From the NCBI GenBank assembly GCA_963741945.1, contig CAVUKA010000004.1:128001-192000 (forward strand): 64,000 nt of DNA, in the 5' to 3' direction. Of the stretch, positions 17,603 through 27,284 are shown piece after piece. Positions within the stretch are counted from its first letter, which is position 1. Every line of letters starts with the position of its first letter. The DNA comes from an uncultured Gemmatimonadales bacterium. GTDB taxonomy: Bacteria; Gemmatimonadota; Gemmatimonadetes; Longimicrobiales; RSA9. The notes under the pieces were generated by a model. That model searched no databases. It worked only from the letters and a program-made list of their open reading frames with translations, and had not been told where the DNA came from. The position numbers and the translations under genes are program-made.

Positions 17603-18325
17603 CTACCGCGAGCCGGCGGCCGGCGCCGTGCCCGTCCACGCCAGCACCGACGCCCGGCCGGCACGCGCGAATACGTGCATCGGGTACTGGTGGCAGGTTG
17701 GCGTGTTGGTCCCGTTGACGCACCCGTTGTATCGCAACAGCGCCCGCTCCACCTGCCCCCCGGATTCCCGGAAGTAGCGCGCGAAGATCCGCGCACCCTG
17801 ACAGATGTTCGTTTCAACGTCTTCCAGGTCGCGCCCGCACTCGGGATAGCTCTGCCGATGCACCGGCATCACCTGCATGAGGCCCACAGCCCCCACCGGG
17901 CTGCGCGCCGTCGGATCCAGCCACGGGTTCTCCACCAGCAGGACCGCAAGCAGAAGCCGCGGATCCATACCCACACGGTTCGACTCGCGCACCAGGGACA
18001 CCGCCACCCGCGTCGCGAGCGCGCGCTGGTTCCGGTACCGAAGCAGCACACGCTCGATCGGCGCCACTTCCGCGTTGTAGTACCGTCCCGCCTGTGCCCA
18101 CGCCTCCCGCACGCGCGCTACGCGCGCGGACATCTCCTGCAGCCCCGGCGACACCTCCGGCGCCGCCGCCTCCGGTGACCGTCCGCCGTCCCGCACCGAA
18201 GCGCCGGCCGGCGCTTGCGCATGGAACGCCCCGACCACCAGGCCGATCCCCACCAGCACGACTGACGGCAAACGCCGCCGCCGCGCAGGACGGGTGAATA
18301 TGGATTTGGCCAGATCTATGTACAT
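17603..18325 (-). CDS. Lytic transglycosylase (SLT domain)
   Basis: LLAVLLVEN (catalytic Glu), ARSPVGAVGLMQVMP, NICQGARI, ALLRYNG; N-terminal TM helix. Confidence 0.9.
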   Translation of the reverse strand: MYIDLAKSIFTRPARRRRLPSVVLVGIGLVVGAFHAQAPAGASVRDGGRSPEAAAPEVSPGLQEMSARVARVREAWAQAGRYYNAEVAPIERVLLRYRNQRALATRVAVSLVRESNRVGMDPRLLLAVLLVENPWLDPTARSPVGAVGLMQVMPVHRQSYPECGRDLEDVETNICQGARIFARYFRESGGQVERALLRYNGCVNGTNTPTCHQYPMHVFARAGRASVLAWTGTAPAAGSR

Positions 18326-18534
18326 CTCCACCACCTCCCGCGTCCGCTTTGCAGAAAGTAGGGGCCGCCGGGCGGCCCCTACGGACGCGGACGGGTGCAA
18401 GCCGCATACCTCGGGAGCCGCTTGTAGGGGGCGAGCTTTGCGCCAGGAGGGCGAACGCCTATATTTTGGTGGGGAAACGCGGCCGTTTCGGAAAGGCCGC
18501 TCCAATTTTGTTCGGCGTGGGAGGGACACCTCGA

Positions 18535-18735
18535 ATGGCGCTCTATCGGACGCTGTACTACGGGGACATGACGGTCGGTGTGGGAGGCCGGGTGACGATC
18601 CCGCAGGAGATCCGGGACGATCTCGGGATCGATGACGGCGACCTCATGACCGTGCGGGTGGAGGAGAGCCCGGATGGCACGCGTCAGATGGTGATGTGGC
18701 GTGCCAAGGCCCAGCCGGACGACACGGACGAGTAA
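18535..18735 (+). CDS. AbrB/MazE/SpoVT family DNA-binding protein
   Basis: GGRVTIPQEIRDDLGIDDGDLMTV signature. Confidence 0.88.
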   Translation: MALYRTLYYGDMTVGVGGRVTIPQEIRDDLGIDDGDLMTVRVEESPDGTRQMVMWRAKAQPDDTDE

Positions 18736-18755
18736 TCGGGCCGTATCTGCTGGAA

Positions 18756-18793
18756 GCGCCCCGGGACCCTGCGCGAGGCCCCGGGGCGTTTTT
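18756..18793 (+). terminator. Rho-independent terminator between convergent abrB-like gene and luxC
   Basis: GCGCCCCGGG ... CCCGGGGCGT stem followed by TTTTT. Confidence 0.75.
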
Positions 18794-18844
18794 CATTGTC
18801 CTGTCCCGGAGCACTCGCCCGGCTCGGCGCGGGGCGGGAGAAGC

Positions 18845-20236
18845 TCAATACTCGAGGTCGACCCAGCGCAGGAGCTCGCGCAGCGGTCCCCGCCCGTCGT
18901 GGTGCCATTCCATCGGCGGCCAGGGGAGGCGATCGAACGTGGTGATGCGGGTGGCGCCGACGCGAGCCAGGGCGTGGGCAATGCCCGGGTGCCGCTCATC
19001 GGTGCAGGCGAGGGCCACGGACTGCAGCCGGGTGGCCATCGGTGCCAGGAGGTCCACCGCATCCTCCAGCTGCTCGATCGGGTGCACGTAGATGAAGCGG
19101 TTCAGGCAGGAGGCCCGGAAGACGGGCTCCGGGTCGTAGACCACCGTCCAGCTCGTCCCCTCCCCGGCGAACACCTGGACCCCTTCTCCCGCGTGGCCCC
19201 GCATCTCGGCGATGCCCCGGGACTGGTGGATGATCGACGCCTCTCCGGCCGAGATGGCTCCCCGGGGCAGCTCCCGTTCGAGGGCGCCGAGTGCGCCGGC
19301 AAGGTCCCGCGCGAAGGCGCGAGCCTCGTCATCGAGCGGACCCTCGACCCAGAGGGCGTGGAGAGAAACACACCCGTGCTGGTCGAACGTGGCCACCGCG
19401 CGGGCGACGCTGCGGGCGAGGGCGCCGCGGTCCCGTGTCAGGGCGGGCGCCGCGATCAGACCGACCGAGAGGCGGGGCCCGTGGACTACCAGGCGGTCAT
19501 GGGCGGGCGCTCGCGCGCGGAAGGAGTCCACGACCTCGTCGCCACCATAGATCACGACGACATCGGCCGCTTCGAGCATGCGCCATTCGGCATCCTCGGC
19601 GCCACCCGGCCAGTAGGTCACGGCCAGCGCGTCGGCGAGGCGTGGGTCCACGGTGGCGAGGGCACGGGCGAAGAGGACGGGCAGCACTGGCTCTCCGGAC
19701 GCCAGCTTCCCGACCATGGGGGACTTCACCAGGAGCGAGCGCACCATGGACGTGACGGCCACGCCCGGCACGTTCCCGGCAAAGACGTGGAACGACAGAC
19801 CGGGGCCGTACGCGCGTGTGCTCCGGCCGTGACCGGCGGGTGCGAACCCATCCAGGACGGCCGGGTCGCCGAGCTCGGTCTGCAGCAGCCGGAGGAGGGC
19901 TCCGGACCGCCAGCCGGCGGTCATGCGGTCCAGGACGAGCGCCGCCATGGGAGCCGAGTACCCGGTGGCCCGGGGGATGAGGCGGACGGCCTCTTCGTGG
20001 AGGGGATCGGACGGGTCCGCGAGACGCGCGGCGGCGCTGTCGATCGCCTCGACGATCTCGCGCACGGGGCGGCGCGCGAGGTCGCGCGCCGCCTGCCGAG
20101 TGGCGCGCACGGTGGCCTCCAGCATGTCCGGCGCGGGAGCCGGGTACGCGCAGCTCAGCGTGCCCACGTCGAGGGTATCGAGCGTGCCAGGCTCCACCCC
20201 GCGCGGCAGTCGGAAGGCCATGAAGCGCTCGCTCAC
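18845..20236 (-). CDS. luxC: Acyl-CoA reductase, LuxC family
   Basis: FHVFAGNVPG, SLLVKS..VGKLAS, YWPGG, VIYGGDE, HGPRLS, FDQHGCVS (catalytic Cys region), HHDG..PLRELLRWVD; GTGA overlap with luxE. Confidence 0.9.
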   Translation of the reverse strand: MSERFMAFRLPRGVEPGTLDTLDVGTLSCAYPAPAPDMLEATVRATRQAARDLARRPVREIVEAIDSAAARLADPSDPLHEEAVRLIPRATGYSAPMAALVLDRMTAGWRSGALLRLLQTELGDPAVLDGFAPAGHGRSTRAYGPGLSFHVFAGNVPGVAVTSMVRSLLVKSPMVGKLASGEPVLPVLFARALATVDPRLADALAVTYWPGGAEDAEWRMLEAADVVVIYGGDEVVDSFRARAPAHDRLVVHGPRLSVGLIAAPALTRDRGALARSVARAVATFDQHGCVSLHALWVEGPLDDEARAFARDLAGALGALERELPRGAISAGEASIIHQSRGIAEMRGHAGEGVQVFAGEGTSWTVVYDPEPVFRASCLNRFIYVHPIEQLEDAVDLLAPMATRLQSVALACTDERHPGIAHALARVGATRITTFDRLPWPPMEWHHDGRGPLRELLRWVDLEY

Positions 20237-21363
20237 CCGCCGCCTCCCATGAGGAGGTCCATGGCCAGGGAGCACCCCCTCGGCGTAGCTCCCGGGACCC
20301 GGCCTTCCAGGGCGACGCCTCGCTGGTCCACGCGCCCCAGATCCTCCGTCTGCACGGCCAGCACGCTCCCCAGATTGGCCAGGTCAAGGTGTCGCAGCAG
20401 CCCGGTCTGCCCCGCCGGGAGCGGCGCCAGCGTCTCCGGCTCCACCGCCACCGTGCGCAGCCACGGTGGCCCCTGCTTGCGCGGAGCAGCCTCCACGCCC
20501 CGCGTCGCATCCCTCAAACCGCTGTCGTAGTACTGGGACAGCAGCTCGGTCATCCCGTATTCGTTGACACACGCGTGAGCCGGGAGGCCCAGGCGGTCCG
20601 CGTAGGCCTGCCGCAAGGCATCGGGCGTCACCCGCCGGCCCGCGCCCTTGTACCCGCCCGTATCCATGAGCCGGGACCCCTCGGGCAGGCGCACCTTACG
20701 GCCGTCCCGCGCCAGGGCGTCCAGCCAGTGGATGTACGCCGCGGTCGTCCCGAGCAGGAGCACCGGCCGTTCGTCCGCCTCAGCGACATCCCCCGTCGCC
20801 CCGCCGCCCACGATCGCGCGCTCCAGTGCTTCGAAGTCCACGCCCCCGGCGCTGGCCATGGTGGCGCTTCCCGGCGCGCCGAACGTCGCCATCACGTCGG
20901 CGATCATGAACGCCAGCGAGGAGTCCGGGAGCACGTCCGGCGCGGGCATGAGAGAGAGCATCCGCGGCCGCGCCCCATCCGGGAGGAGGAAAGCTTCGAA
21001 CGTGGGCCGCAGGGAGGCGCGGTAGAGCGCGAGATCCGGCACGTGGTGCTCTCCCCGCCGCTCCGGGCCGCGCGTGGTGCCGCTGGTCCGGAACACCCGC
21101 TCGGCGGGCTTCCCCGGCGCGCTCAGGCGGAGCGCCTTGAACGCGGCGGTCGGAACGGCCGGGATCTCGGTCCAGTGCTCCACTGCTGACGGGGTCCGGT
21201 CCCTGGCCCGGCAATAGGCGGCATACGGGGGCACGGCTTCGAAGCACGCGCGGAACACGCGGAGGGCCAGGACCTCGAACTTCTCGTCGGTGAGGGGGAC
21301 GTCCACTCCCCGCGCGAACAGCGCGATCAGCTCATCGGCCAGCGCGGATTCGTCGCTGGGCAT
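20233..21363 (-). CDS. luxE: Acyl-protein synthetase, LuxE family
   Basis: EIPAVPTAAFK, FRTSGTT, MDTGGYKG, NEYGMTELLSQ, DLANLGSVLAVQTEDLG, PRGCSL C-terminal Cys. Confidence 0.9.
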   Translation of the reverse strand: MPSDESALADELIALFARGVDVPLTDEKFEVLALRVFRACFEAVPPYAAYCRARDRTPSAVEHWTEIPAVPTAAFKALRLSAPGKPAERVFRTSGTTRGPERRGEHHVPDLALYRASLRPTFEAFLLPDGARPRMLSLMPAPDVLPDSSLAFMIADVMATFGAPGSATMASAGGVDFEALERAIVGGGATGDVAEADERPVLLLGTTAAYIHWLDALARDGRKVRLPEGSRLMDTGGYKGAGRRVTPDALRQAYADRLGLPAHACVNEYGMTELLSQYYDSGLRDATRGVEAAPRKQGPPWLRTVAVEPETLAPLPAGQTGLLRHLDLANLGSVLAVQTEDLGRVDQRGVALEGRVPGATPRGCSLAMDLLMGGGG

Positions 21364-21369
21364 CCGGCC

Positions 21370-22905
21370 TCACTGGTACCGTATCTCGAAGAACTCCTCC
21401 ACGGCCGTGGCGAACGTGGCCCCTTCCACTGCGTACCGTCCCGCCAGCGGGGACAGGAGGGCCAGCGTCCGCTCGGCCATGGCCCGATAGCTCCGCTCGC
21501 CCGTGCGCCGGTACAGGTCGACGAGCAGCCGGGCGGCGAGGGAGTTCTCCTCGAACGGGCGATCGCGGAACCGGAGCGCGCCGATCGGCGGGATGCTCCG
21601 CGGGTGGTCGGCGAAGCCGCCGCTCTCCTCCCACAGCGTCCGCTCCATGTGGGCGACGAGCCGCCGCGCGCGTTCGAGCGGCGCGTCGTCCTCCGTGGCC
21701 GCGGCCACGGCGACGCACGCCCGTGCCCCATGCAGGAGGTCGAGCAGGAGCCCCGCCGGCGGCTCGGCCCCGTCCGCCGCGTAATGGCGGAGCGACTGCT
21801 CGCCATCCGGCTCCTCCCCGAGCGTGTCGAACAGGACCTGCAACGCTTCGTCGGCCCTGTCCACCCAGTCGCTGCGCCCCAGTCCACGTCCCGCGTCCGC
21901 CAGCGCGGTGATCCACATCCCGCACGAGTCCGCGTACACGGTGTCATCCACCGGTGGTGGCTCCATCCCGGAGCGGGCCGCGCTGTCCGCGGCGTAGTAG
22001 TCGCCGTCGGCGCCCTGGCTACCCGCCCACAGGCCGCCGCGCGTGAGCATCTCGTCCACCCACGACACCGTGCGCTCCGCTGCGCCCAGCCAGTCCTGAC
22101 GTTCCCGCACGGCCGCACCGAACGCGAACGCCGACAGCGCCCGGGCATTCACGGCGAGCAGCTTCTCCGTCTGCGGCCGCGTCCAGTCCGCTTCCAGGGC
22201 GTAATGGAAGAAGCCGCCGGCGTGATGGTCCTCGATGTCGCCGGCGATCATTCCGTCCAGGGTTCGCTCCGCCATCAGCGCCCAGCCGGGATTCCCGGAC
22301 CGCTCCGCCTGCGTGAACAGCAGCTCGATCGCTTCGGCATGTATGAACTTCGGCGCCTCGCCGAAGCCGCCGTTCCGGGGATCGAATTGCTGCTCCGCGC
22401 CCAGCAGCACATCATCGGCAGGCTCCCGGCGGATGATCCCGATCGCCGGGCGCCGCGAGCGAGCGGCCTCCATTGCCTTCCGGCGCCGGGCGATCTCTTC
22501 TTCCAGCTCCTCCCGCCGGTCGCGCCAGCCGTCCAGCACCCCGCGGGCGACGCGCCGCATCTCCTGCGCGGTCACTGCTGTCCCCGCCCAGAAGACTTCG
22601 CCCGTCGGCGCCAGGAACGCGCACGTCGGCCAGCCCTCGGAGATATAGCGCTCCTGGATCTGGGGGCTCCGGTCGGCGTCCACGCGCACGGGGATCAGCT
22701 CTTCGTTCAGCAGCCGGATGACCCCGGCATCCGAGAGCGTGGTCTCATCCAGCTCCTGGCACGCCCGACACCAGGTCGTGGTCAGGACCAGGAGAAGCGG
22801 ACGCTCGCGCTCGGCGGCCTCCTCGAAAGCTTCGGGAGTCCAGTGACGCCACCGGATGTCCCCGGCGCGGTTCTCTCTCGGTGAGAAGCGGAATGGTTCT
22901 GCCAT
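21370..22905 (-). CDS. YyaL/SSP411-like protein (DUF255 thioredoxin-like domain plus alpha/alpha toroid)
   Basis: IRWRHW..EAFEEA, TWCRACQELD, GWPTCAFL.PTGE, GGFGEAPKF, GGFFHYA...DW..P..EKLL. Start 22905 or 22920. Confidence 0.87.
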   Translation of the reverse strand: MAEPFRFSPRENRAGDIRWRHWTPEAFEEAAERERPLLLVLTTTWCRACQELDETTLSDAGVIRLLNEELIPVRVDADRSPQIQERYISEGWPTCAFLAPTGEVFWAGTAVTAQEMRRVARGVLDGWRDRREELEEEIARRRKAMEAARSRRPAIGIIRREPADDVLLGAEQQFDPRNGGFGEAPKFIHAEAIELLFTQAERSGNPGWALMAERTLDGMIAGDIEDHHAGGFFHYALEADWTRPQTEKLLAVNARALSAFAFGAAVRERQDWLGAAERTVSWVDEMLTRGGLWAGSQGADGDYYAADSAARSGMEPPPVDDTVYADSCGMWITALADAGRGLGRSDWVDRADEALQVLFDTLGEEPDGEQSLRHYAADGAEPPAGLLLDLLHGARACVAVAAATEDDAPLERARRLVAHMERTLWEESGGFADHPRSIPPIGALRFRDRPFEENSLAARLLVDLYRRTGERSYRAMAERTLALLSPLAGRYAVEGATFATAVEEFFEIRYQ

Positions 22906-22948
22906 GGTGCCATGCACCATAAAGGAAAACGTGACGGCGGGCCAGAGA

Positions 22949-23560
22949 TCAGGGCACAGCGAAACGGTCGCTGCGGGCTTCGTACCGACGCGCAGGCAGG
23001 TCCAGCACCCGGATCAGCAGCCGTTTGAGGCCGGTCCCCACCGCCCCGGGCACGGAGCCACGACCCTGTACCGCGGGGCCGAGCTGTCCGCGCAGCCAGC
23101 GCTCCAGCTCGTCCAGGTCTGAGAGCGAGAGCGTCTCCACGTCCAGGAATACCATGTAGTAGTAGTGCCCGGACTGGTGCGGGACGAGGGGCGCCCTGTA
23201 CGGCGATTCCAGCGCCCGGCGGGCCTCGTCGTAGGTCGCGTAGCTGGCGAGGGAGTCGGCGCCGATCTCGCCGGCCAGAAAGCGTCGGCCGAGGGGCTCG
23301 AACGCCAGCACCGTCTCCCACGTGGCGTCGCCCACGAGGCGATCGAACAGGCGATCGCGCCACAGCTCGACGCGGAACCGCAGGCGGAGGGGGAGCCCCG
23401 AGCGCACGGCCTGCTCGAGCGCAGCGTCGTTGAGCACGCCGCCGGTGATCACGTGGGCCACACCGTCGTCCACGGTCACCGCCAGGGGGCGCTGGGCGGT
23501 GGCGGTGGCGGCCAGGCAGAGAGTGGCCGCAGCGGCCGCGAGTACGGCCCGCCGGATCAT
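22949..23560 (-). CDS. DUF4390-like exported protein
   Basis: Signal peptide; LEQAVRSGLPLRLRFRVELWRDRLFD, LAFEPL; context with NtrY/NtrX-like genes. Confidence 0.7.
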   Translation of the reverse strand: MIRRAVLAAAAATLCLAATATAQRPLAVTVDDGVAHVITGGVLNDAALEQAVRSGLPLRLRFRVELWRDRLFDRLVGDATWETVLAFEPLGRRFLAGEIGADSLASYATYDEARRALESPYRAPLVPHQSGHYYYMVFLDVETLSLSDLDELERWLRGQLGPAVQGRGSVPGAVGTGLKRLLIRVLDLPARRYEARSDRFAVP

Positions 23561-25245
23561 CAGAGCCGGGGACCGAGTCTCACGAAGAAATTGGCGCCAT
23601 CAGTACCACTCGAGAGGGGGACGGCCAGATACAAGCCGATCGGGCCCGCCCGGATCCCGAAGCCCGCGTCATAGCGCAGATCGGATGGGCCGGTATTGAA
23701 GCGGCGTCCCAGGGACTGCTCCTCGATCCACGCCCGGCCTGCATCGGCGAAAAGCACAAGTTCGGGTGTGGTGAAGAGGTCGAAGTCGAGCCCCAGCTTC
23801 CGCCCCAGCGCCACGCCGGTGAACAGCGCGTAACGAAGCTCCGCCTGCACGAGCACGGCGCGATCGCAGCCGTAGTACGAGTAATGCCCCTCGACCAGCG
23901 GGGCGCGAGAGCGGGCGCCGCAGTCGAGCTGCATCTGTCGATAGCCGGGCAGCGTTCCCTCGCCGCCGAGCGCATGCTGCCGCTGCGCCGGGAGCGCACC
24001 GTCATCGGGAGAGCCCGTGGCCAGGGCGTGCAGCGCCAGCCGGGTCTTCGGGCCGAGCCGGTAGTAGCGCCGCGCATCGAGCGTCACGCTCGTGAACTCG
24101 GCGCCGACCGGCACCTCTTCCAGCGTGCCGCCGGGGACCCCCGGCGTCTCATCCAGGGCCACGGACGTCAGTTGGCCTTCCAGCCCCTGCTCCACTTCGG
24201 CCCGGATCAGCCAACCGGTGGCCGGGTCGATGCGGTCGTTGCGCGTGTCCCACTGGAACCACCCCCGGACACTGCGCAGCGAGCCTTCGGCGACTTCCGG
24301 CTCGGGCCGCCAGTCCTCGTCGTTGCCGAGTAGCGCCCACGGCGTTCCCGCTTCCGTCGTCCCCTGCTCCTCGTCACGGTATTCCACCCCGGCTTCGTAC
24401 GGGCGCGTGCGCCCTATGAAGCGCAGATAGCCGCTCCACCCGCGCCGCCCGTAGTGGTCCCGGTAGTCCTCGTGCGCGATGAACGTGGACAGTGAGTTCT
24501 CCAGGTCCGACAGTCCGCGCTTCTCGATCGGCTCGATGAGGTTGTACAGGCCGACCCCGGCCGCCACGCTCCTGTGCCCGCCAAGGTACTGCTCCAGGAT
24601 GATCCGGTGGCCGAAGTCGTCCGGATGGATGCGGAAGCCGTTCCTCGTCCTGTAGATGACCACCGCCTGCAGCACGGTGGGATTGGACCGTCCGAACTCC
24701 AGCCGCGGCCCGAACGCGATCGGCAGGCCTTCGACGCGGTTGTACGACTCCTGCACCGCGAGGATCAGGTCGGTGCGGCCGAACTCGGTCGACCACCCCC
24801 GCAGCCATGACGCGCGGGCGGGGCCGAGCGCCACCAGCCGGCCGCGCTCCCGCCGGAACCGAAGCAGGTCGTCATAGCGGACCACGTGGCCCGCCACGCC
24901 GTCGCGCGGACCGTTCATCTGGCCGCCCACCACGGTCAGGGATCCCTCGATCCGTCCGCCGGAGAGCAGGACGACGTCCCCATTGATCACGACGACGTCG
25001 CCGGTCACCAGGCCGGCCACCGTGAACGGGCCGCCCACCGCGGCCACATCCCCACGGAGCGTGGCGCCGCTCGCCAGCCGGGCCGGGCCTTCCACGCGGG
25101 TCGTCGACGGCCGGTTATAGAAAGCTGCCACCGCGTGGGCGGCTGCTTCGGTCAGGGGCTCGGGCTCCGGCGTCGCCTCCTGCGCCACCAGCGGCGGCAC
25201 CAGCGCGAGCAGCGAGGCCACGCACCAGGCCATGTGTTTCACCAT
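23560..25245 (-). CDS. Omp85/BamA-TamA family outer-membrane protein with N-terminal bactofilin-like repeats
   Basis: Signal peptide; GDVAAVGG..VAG.V.GDVVVING repeats; YNRVEGL; WDTRND, LGGEGTLPGY, FADAGRAW, YDAGFGIR. Confidence 0.75.
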   Translation of the reverse strand: MVKHMAWCVASLLALVPPLVAQEATPEPEPLTEAAAHAVAAFYNRPSTTRVEGPARLASGATLRGDVAAVGGPFTVAGLVTGDVVVINGDVVLLSGGRIEGSLTVVGGQMNGPRDGVAGHVVRYDDLLRFRRERGRLVALGPARASWLRGWSTEFGRTDLILAVQESYNRVEGLPIAFGPRLEFGRSNPTVLQAVVIYRTRNGFRIHPDDFGHRIILEQYLGGHRSVAAGVGLYNLIEPIEKRGLSDLENSLSTFIAHEDYRDHYGRRGWSGYLRFIGRTRPYEAGVEYRDEEQGTTEAGTPWALLGNDEDWRPEPEVAEGSLRSVRGWFQWDTRNDRIDPATGWLIRAEVEQGLEGQLTSVALDETPGVPGGTLEEVPVGAEFTSVTLDARRYYRLGPKTRLALHALATGSPDDGALPAQRQHALGGEGTLPGYRQMQLDCGARSRAPLVEGHYSYYGCDRAVLVQAELRYALFTGVALGRKLGLDFDLFTTPELVLFADAGRAWIEEQSLGRRFNTGPSDLRYDAGFGIRAGPIGLYLAVPLSSGTDGANFFVRLGPRL

Positions 25246-26552
25246 TCGATCCCCAGTCTCTTCATCCGTCGATACAGGTTCGCGCGATCCGTTTTCAGCA
25301 GTCGCGCGGCTTCTGCAACTGTCCCGGCCGCCTCCAGCGCGGCCGCGATCTCCCGTCGCTCGAACGCCTCCAGGCGGTCACTCAGACCGCCGGGGCCCGG
25401 AGCCATGGCCGGGAGCAGCGCCTTCACTTCCTCCTCGCCCACGCGCGCGCCTCCATGGAGAATGGTCAGCCGCTCGAGCACGTTGGCCAGCTCGCGCACG
25501 TTCCCCGGCCACGTGTAGCGCGCCAGCACGGCCATGGCCGCCGCATTCAGAGATGGGGGTTCGAGTCCTTCCCGCTGCCGCAGCTGGCGATCGATGTGCT
25601 CCACGAGGGCGTTCAGGTCCCCCGGCCGCTCGCGCAGCGGCGGGATGTGGATGGGGACCACATTGAGGCGGTAGAAGAGGTCGTCCCGGAACGCGCCCGT
25701 ATCCAGCGCTTCCGCGAGGTCTCGGTTGGTGGCGGCCACGACGCGGACATCCACGGCCAGGCTCCGGCTCCCGCCCACGCGCTGCATCTCGCCCGTCTCC
25801 AGCGCCCGGAGCAGCTTGGCCTGGGCGTCCAGGCTCAGATCGGCCACTTCGTCCAGGAAGAGCGTGCCGCCGTCGGCCTGCTCGAACCGCCCCCTGCGTC
25901 GGCGCGTGGCTCCCGTGAACGCGCCTCGCTCGTGGCCGAACATCTCGGACTCGATCAGGTCTCGCGGGATGGCCGCGCTGTTCACGCGGATGAATGGCTT
26001 CCGCCGTCGTGGCGAGAGGTAGTGGATCGCCGCCGCCACCAGCTCCTTCCCCGTTCCGCTCTCCCCCGTGACCAGCACGCGGGCATCCGTCGGGGCCGCC
26101 TGTCGGATCCGCTCCCGCACCCGCTCCATGGCGTCCGAGTCACCGACGATGTCGGCTACGGAAACGGGAGCCATCGACCGCTCCCGGGCCCGGCGCAGCT
26201 CGACCGCCCCGCTCACGGTGGCCAGCACCGATTCGGGGGTTAGCGGCTTCTCGATGAAATGGAAGGCTCCGAGCCGCGTCGCTTCTACGGCATCCTGCAG
26301 CGTGGCCCGCCCGCTCATCATGACCACCGGGATGACAGGCCGGCGCTCGGTCAGCTGACGGAGCGCCTCCATCCCGTCCAGCCTCGGCATGGACAGGTCG
26401 ATGAGGACCACGTCCGGATCCTCCGTCGCGGCCCGCTCGACGCCCGCCGCCCCATCCTCCGCTTCCGTGACCTCATAGCCTTCCTCCTCCAGGAGGCCGC
26501 GCAGCATCCTCCGGATGTTGGATTCGTCGTCGACAATGAGGATGGAGGGCAT
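25239..26552 (-). CDS. Sigma-54-dependent response regulator (NtrC/NtrX family)
   Basis: Receiver ILIVDDE...DLSMP; GESGTGKE, ESEMFGHERGAFTGA, LFLDEV, WPGNVREL; Fis-type HTH. Confidence 0.95.
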   Translation of the reverse strand: MPSILIVDDESNIRRMLRGLLEEEGYEVTEAEDGAAGVERAATEDPDVVLIDLSMPRLDGMEALRQLTERRPVIPVVMMSGRATLQDAVEATRLGAFHFIEKPLTPESVLATVSGAVELRRARERSMAPVSVADIVGDSDAMERVRERIRQAAPTDARVLVTGESGTGKELVAAAIHYLSPRRRKPFIRVNSAAIPRDLIESEMFGHERGAFTGATRRRRGRFEQADGGTLFLDEVADLSLDAQAKLLRALETGEMQRVGGSRSLAVDVRVVAATNRDLAEALDTGAFRDDLFYRLNVVPIHIPPLRERPGDLNALVEHIDRQLRQREGLEPPSLNAAAMAVLARYTWPGNVRELANVLERLTILHGGARVGEEEVKALLPAMAPGPGGLSDRLEAFERREIAAALEAAGTVAEAARLLKTDRANLYRRMKRLGIEW

Positions 26553-26567
26553 GGCCCCTCTGTCAGC

Positions 26568-27284
26568 TCACTCGCGCCGCCCGGCAATCAGCCGCGCGTG
26601 CACCACGGTCCCGATCCCCGTCTGCTCCGCGCTGGCGCTCCGACAGTAGACGCGCGCTTCCGGCCCGTAGAACACGCGCATGCCGTCCGAGGCCGAGGAC
26701 GGCACCTCCCGGTCGCCACACCCGAGCACGTCGTAGAAGCCCGGCGTCAGCATGCGGGCGACGCTGTCCCCGACCGCCGGCGTGGGCACCGCCACGGTCA
26801 TGACCACGGCCGCCGTCGGATCCACATCCGTCCCGACGTACTGCAGGAGCGACGCGATGATCGCCCGCGCATGCGCCCCATCGTCCACACGGAACGAGAG
26901 GAGATCCAGGTACCGCTTGTCTCCGATCTCGTAGAGCGCGTCCAGCACCGTGTACGTCCCGCCCGTGTACTCGAGATCGATGATGGTGTCCCCCACGGGC
27001 TTCATCGCCAGGAACGACAGCCCCGTACCGCCCGCGTTCGCAGGCCCGCTCAGCGTCAGGCCAGTCGATTCCGCCACCGAGGCGAGCCACGTGCTGTCCG
27101 TGGGCCCGAGCAGGAACGCCGCTTTCGGCGATCCATCCCTGAGCACGGCGGCCACGTCCGCAGACGATGCCCCCGCGGCCGCGCGAACCGCTACCGTGGG
27201 GACAGCAATGTCTTTCGGCGCCCCGAAGTTCGCGGCGCAACCGGCGAGCGACAGCGCGACGAGGCTAGGAAGCAGGCGTCTCAT
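26568..27284 (-). CDS. Hypothetical lipoprotein
   Basis: MRRLLPSLVALSLAGC lipobox; sits between kinase and regulator. Confidence 0.75.
   Translation of the reverse strand: MRRLLPSLVALSLAGCAANFGAPKDIAVPTVAVRAAAGASSADVAAVLRDGSPKAAFLLGPTDSTWLASVAESTGLTLSGPANAGGTGLSFLAMKPVGDTIIDLEYTGGTYTVLDALYEIGDKRYLDLLSFRVDDGAHARAIIASLLQYVGTDVDPTAAVVMTVAVPTPAVGDSVARMLTPGFYDVLGCGDREVPSSASDGMRVFYGPEARVYCRSASAEQTGIGTVVHARLIAGRRE

Noticed and set aside
18535-18735. Toxin-antitoxin module
   Set aside because: Terminator follows directly and no toxin ORF is adjacent
18845-21363. Bioluminescence operon
   Set aside because: No luxA/luxB/luxD/luxG in the window; LuxC/LuxE homologues occur in non-luminous bacteria
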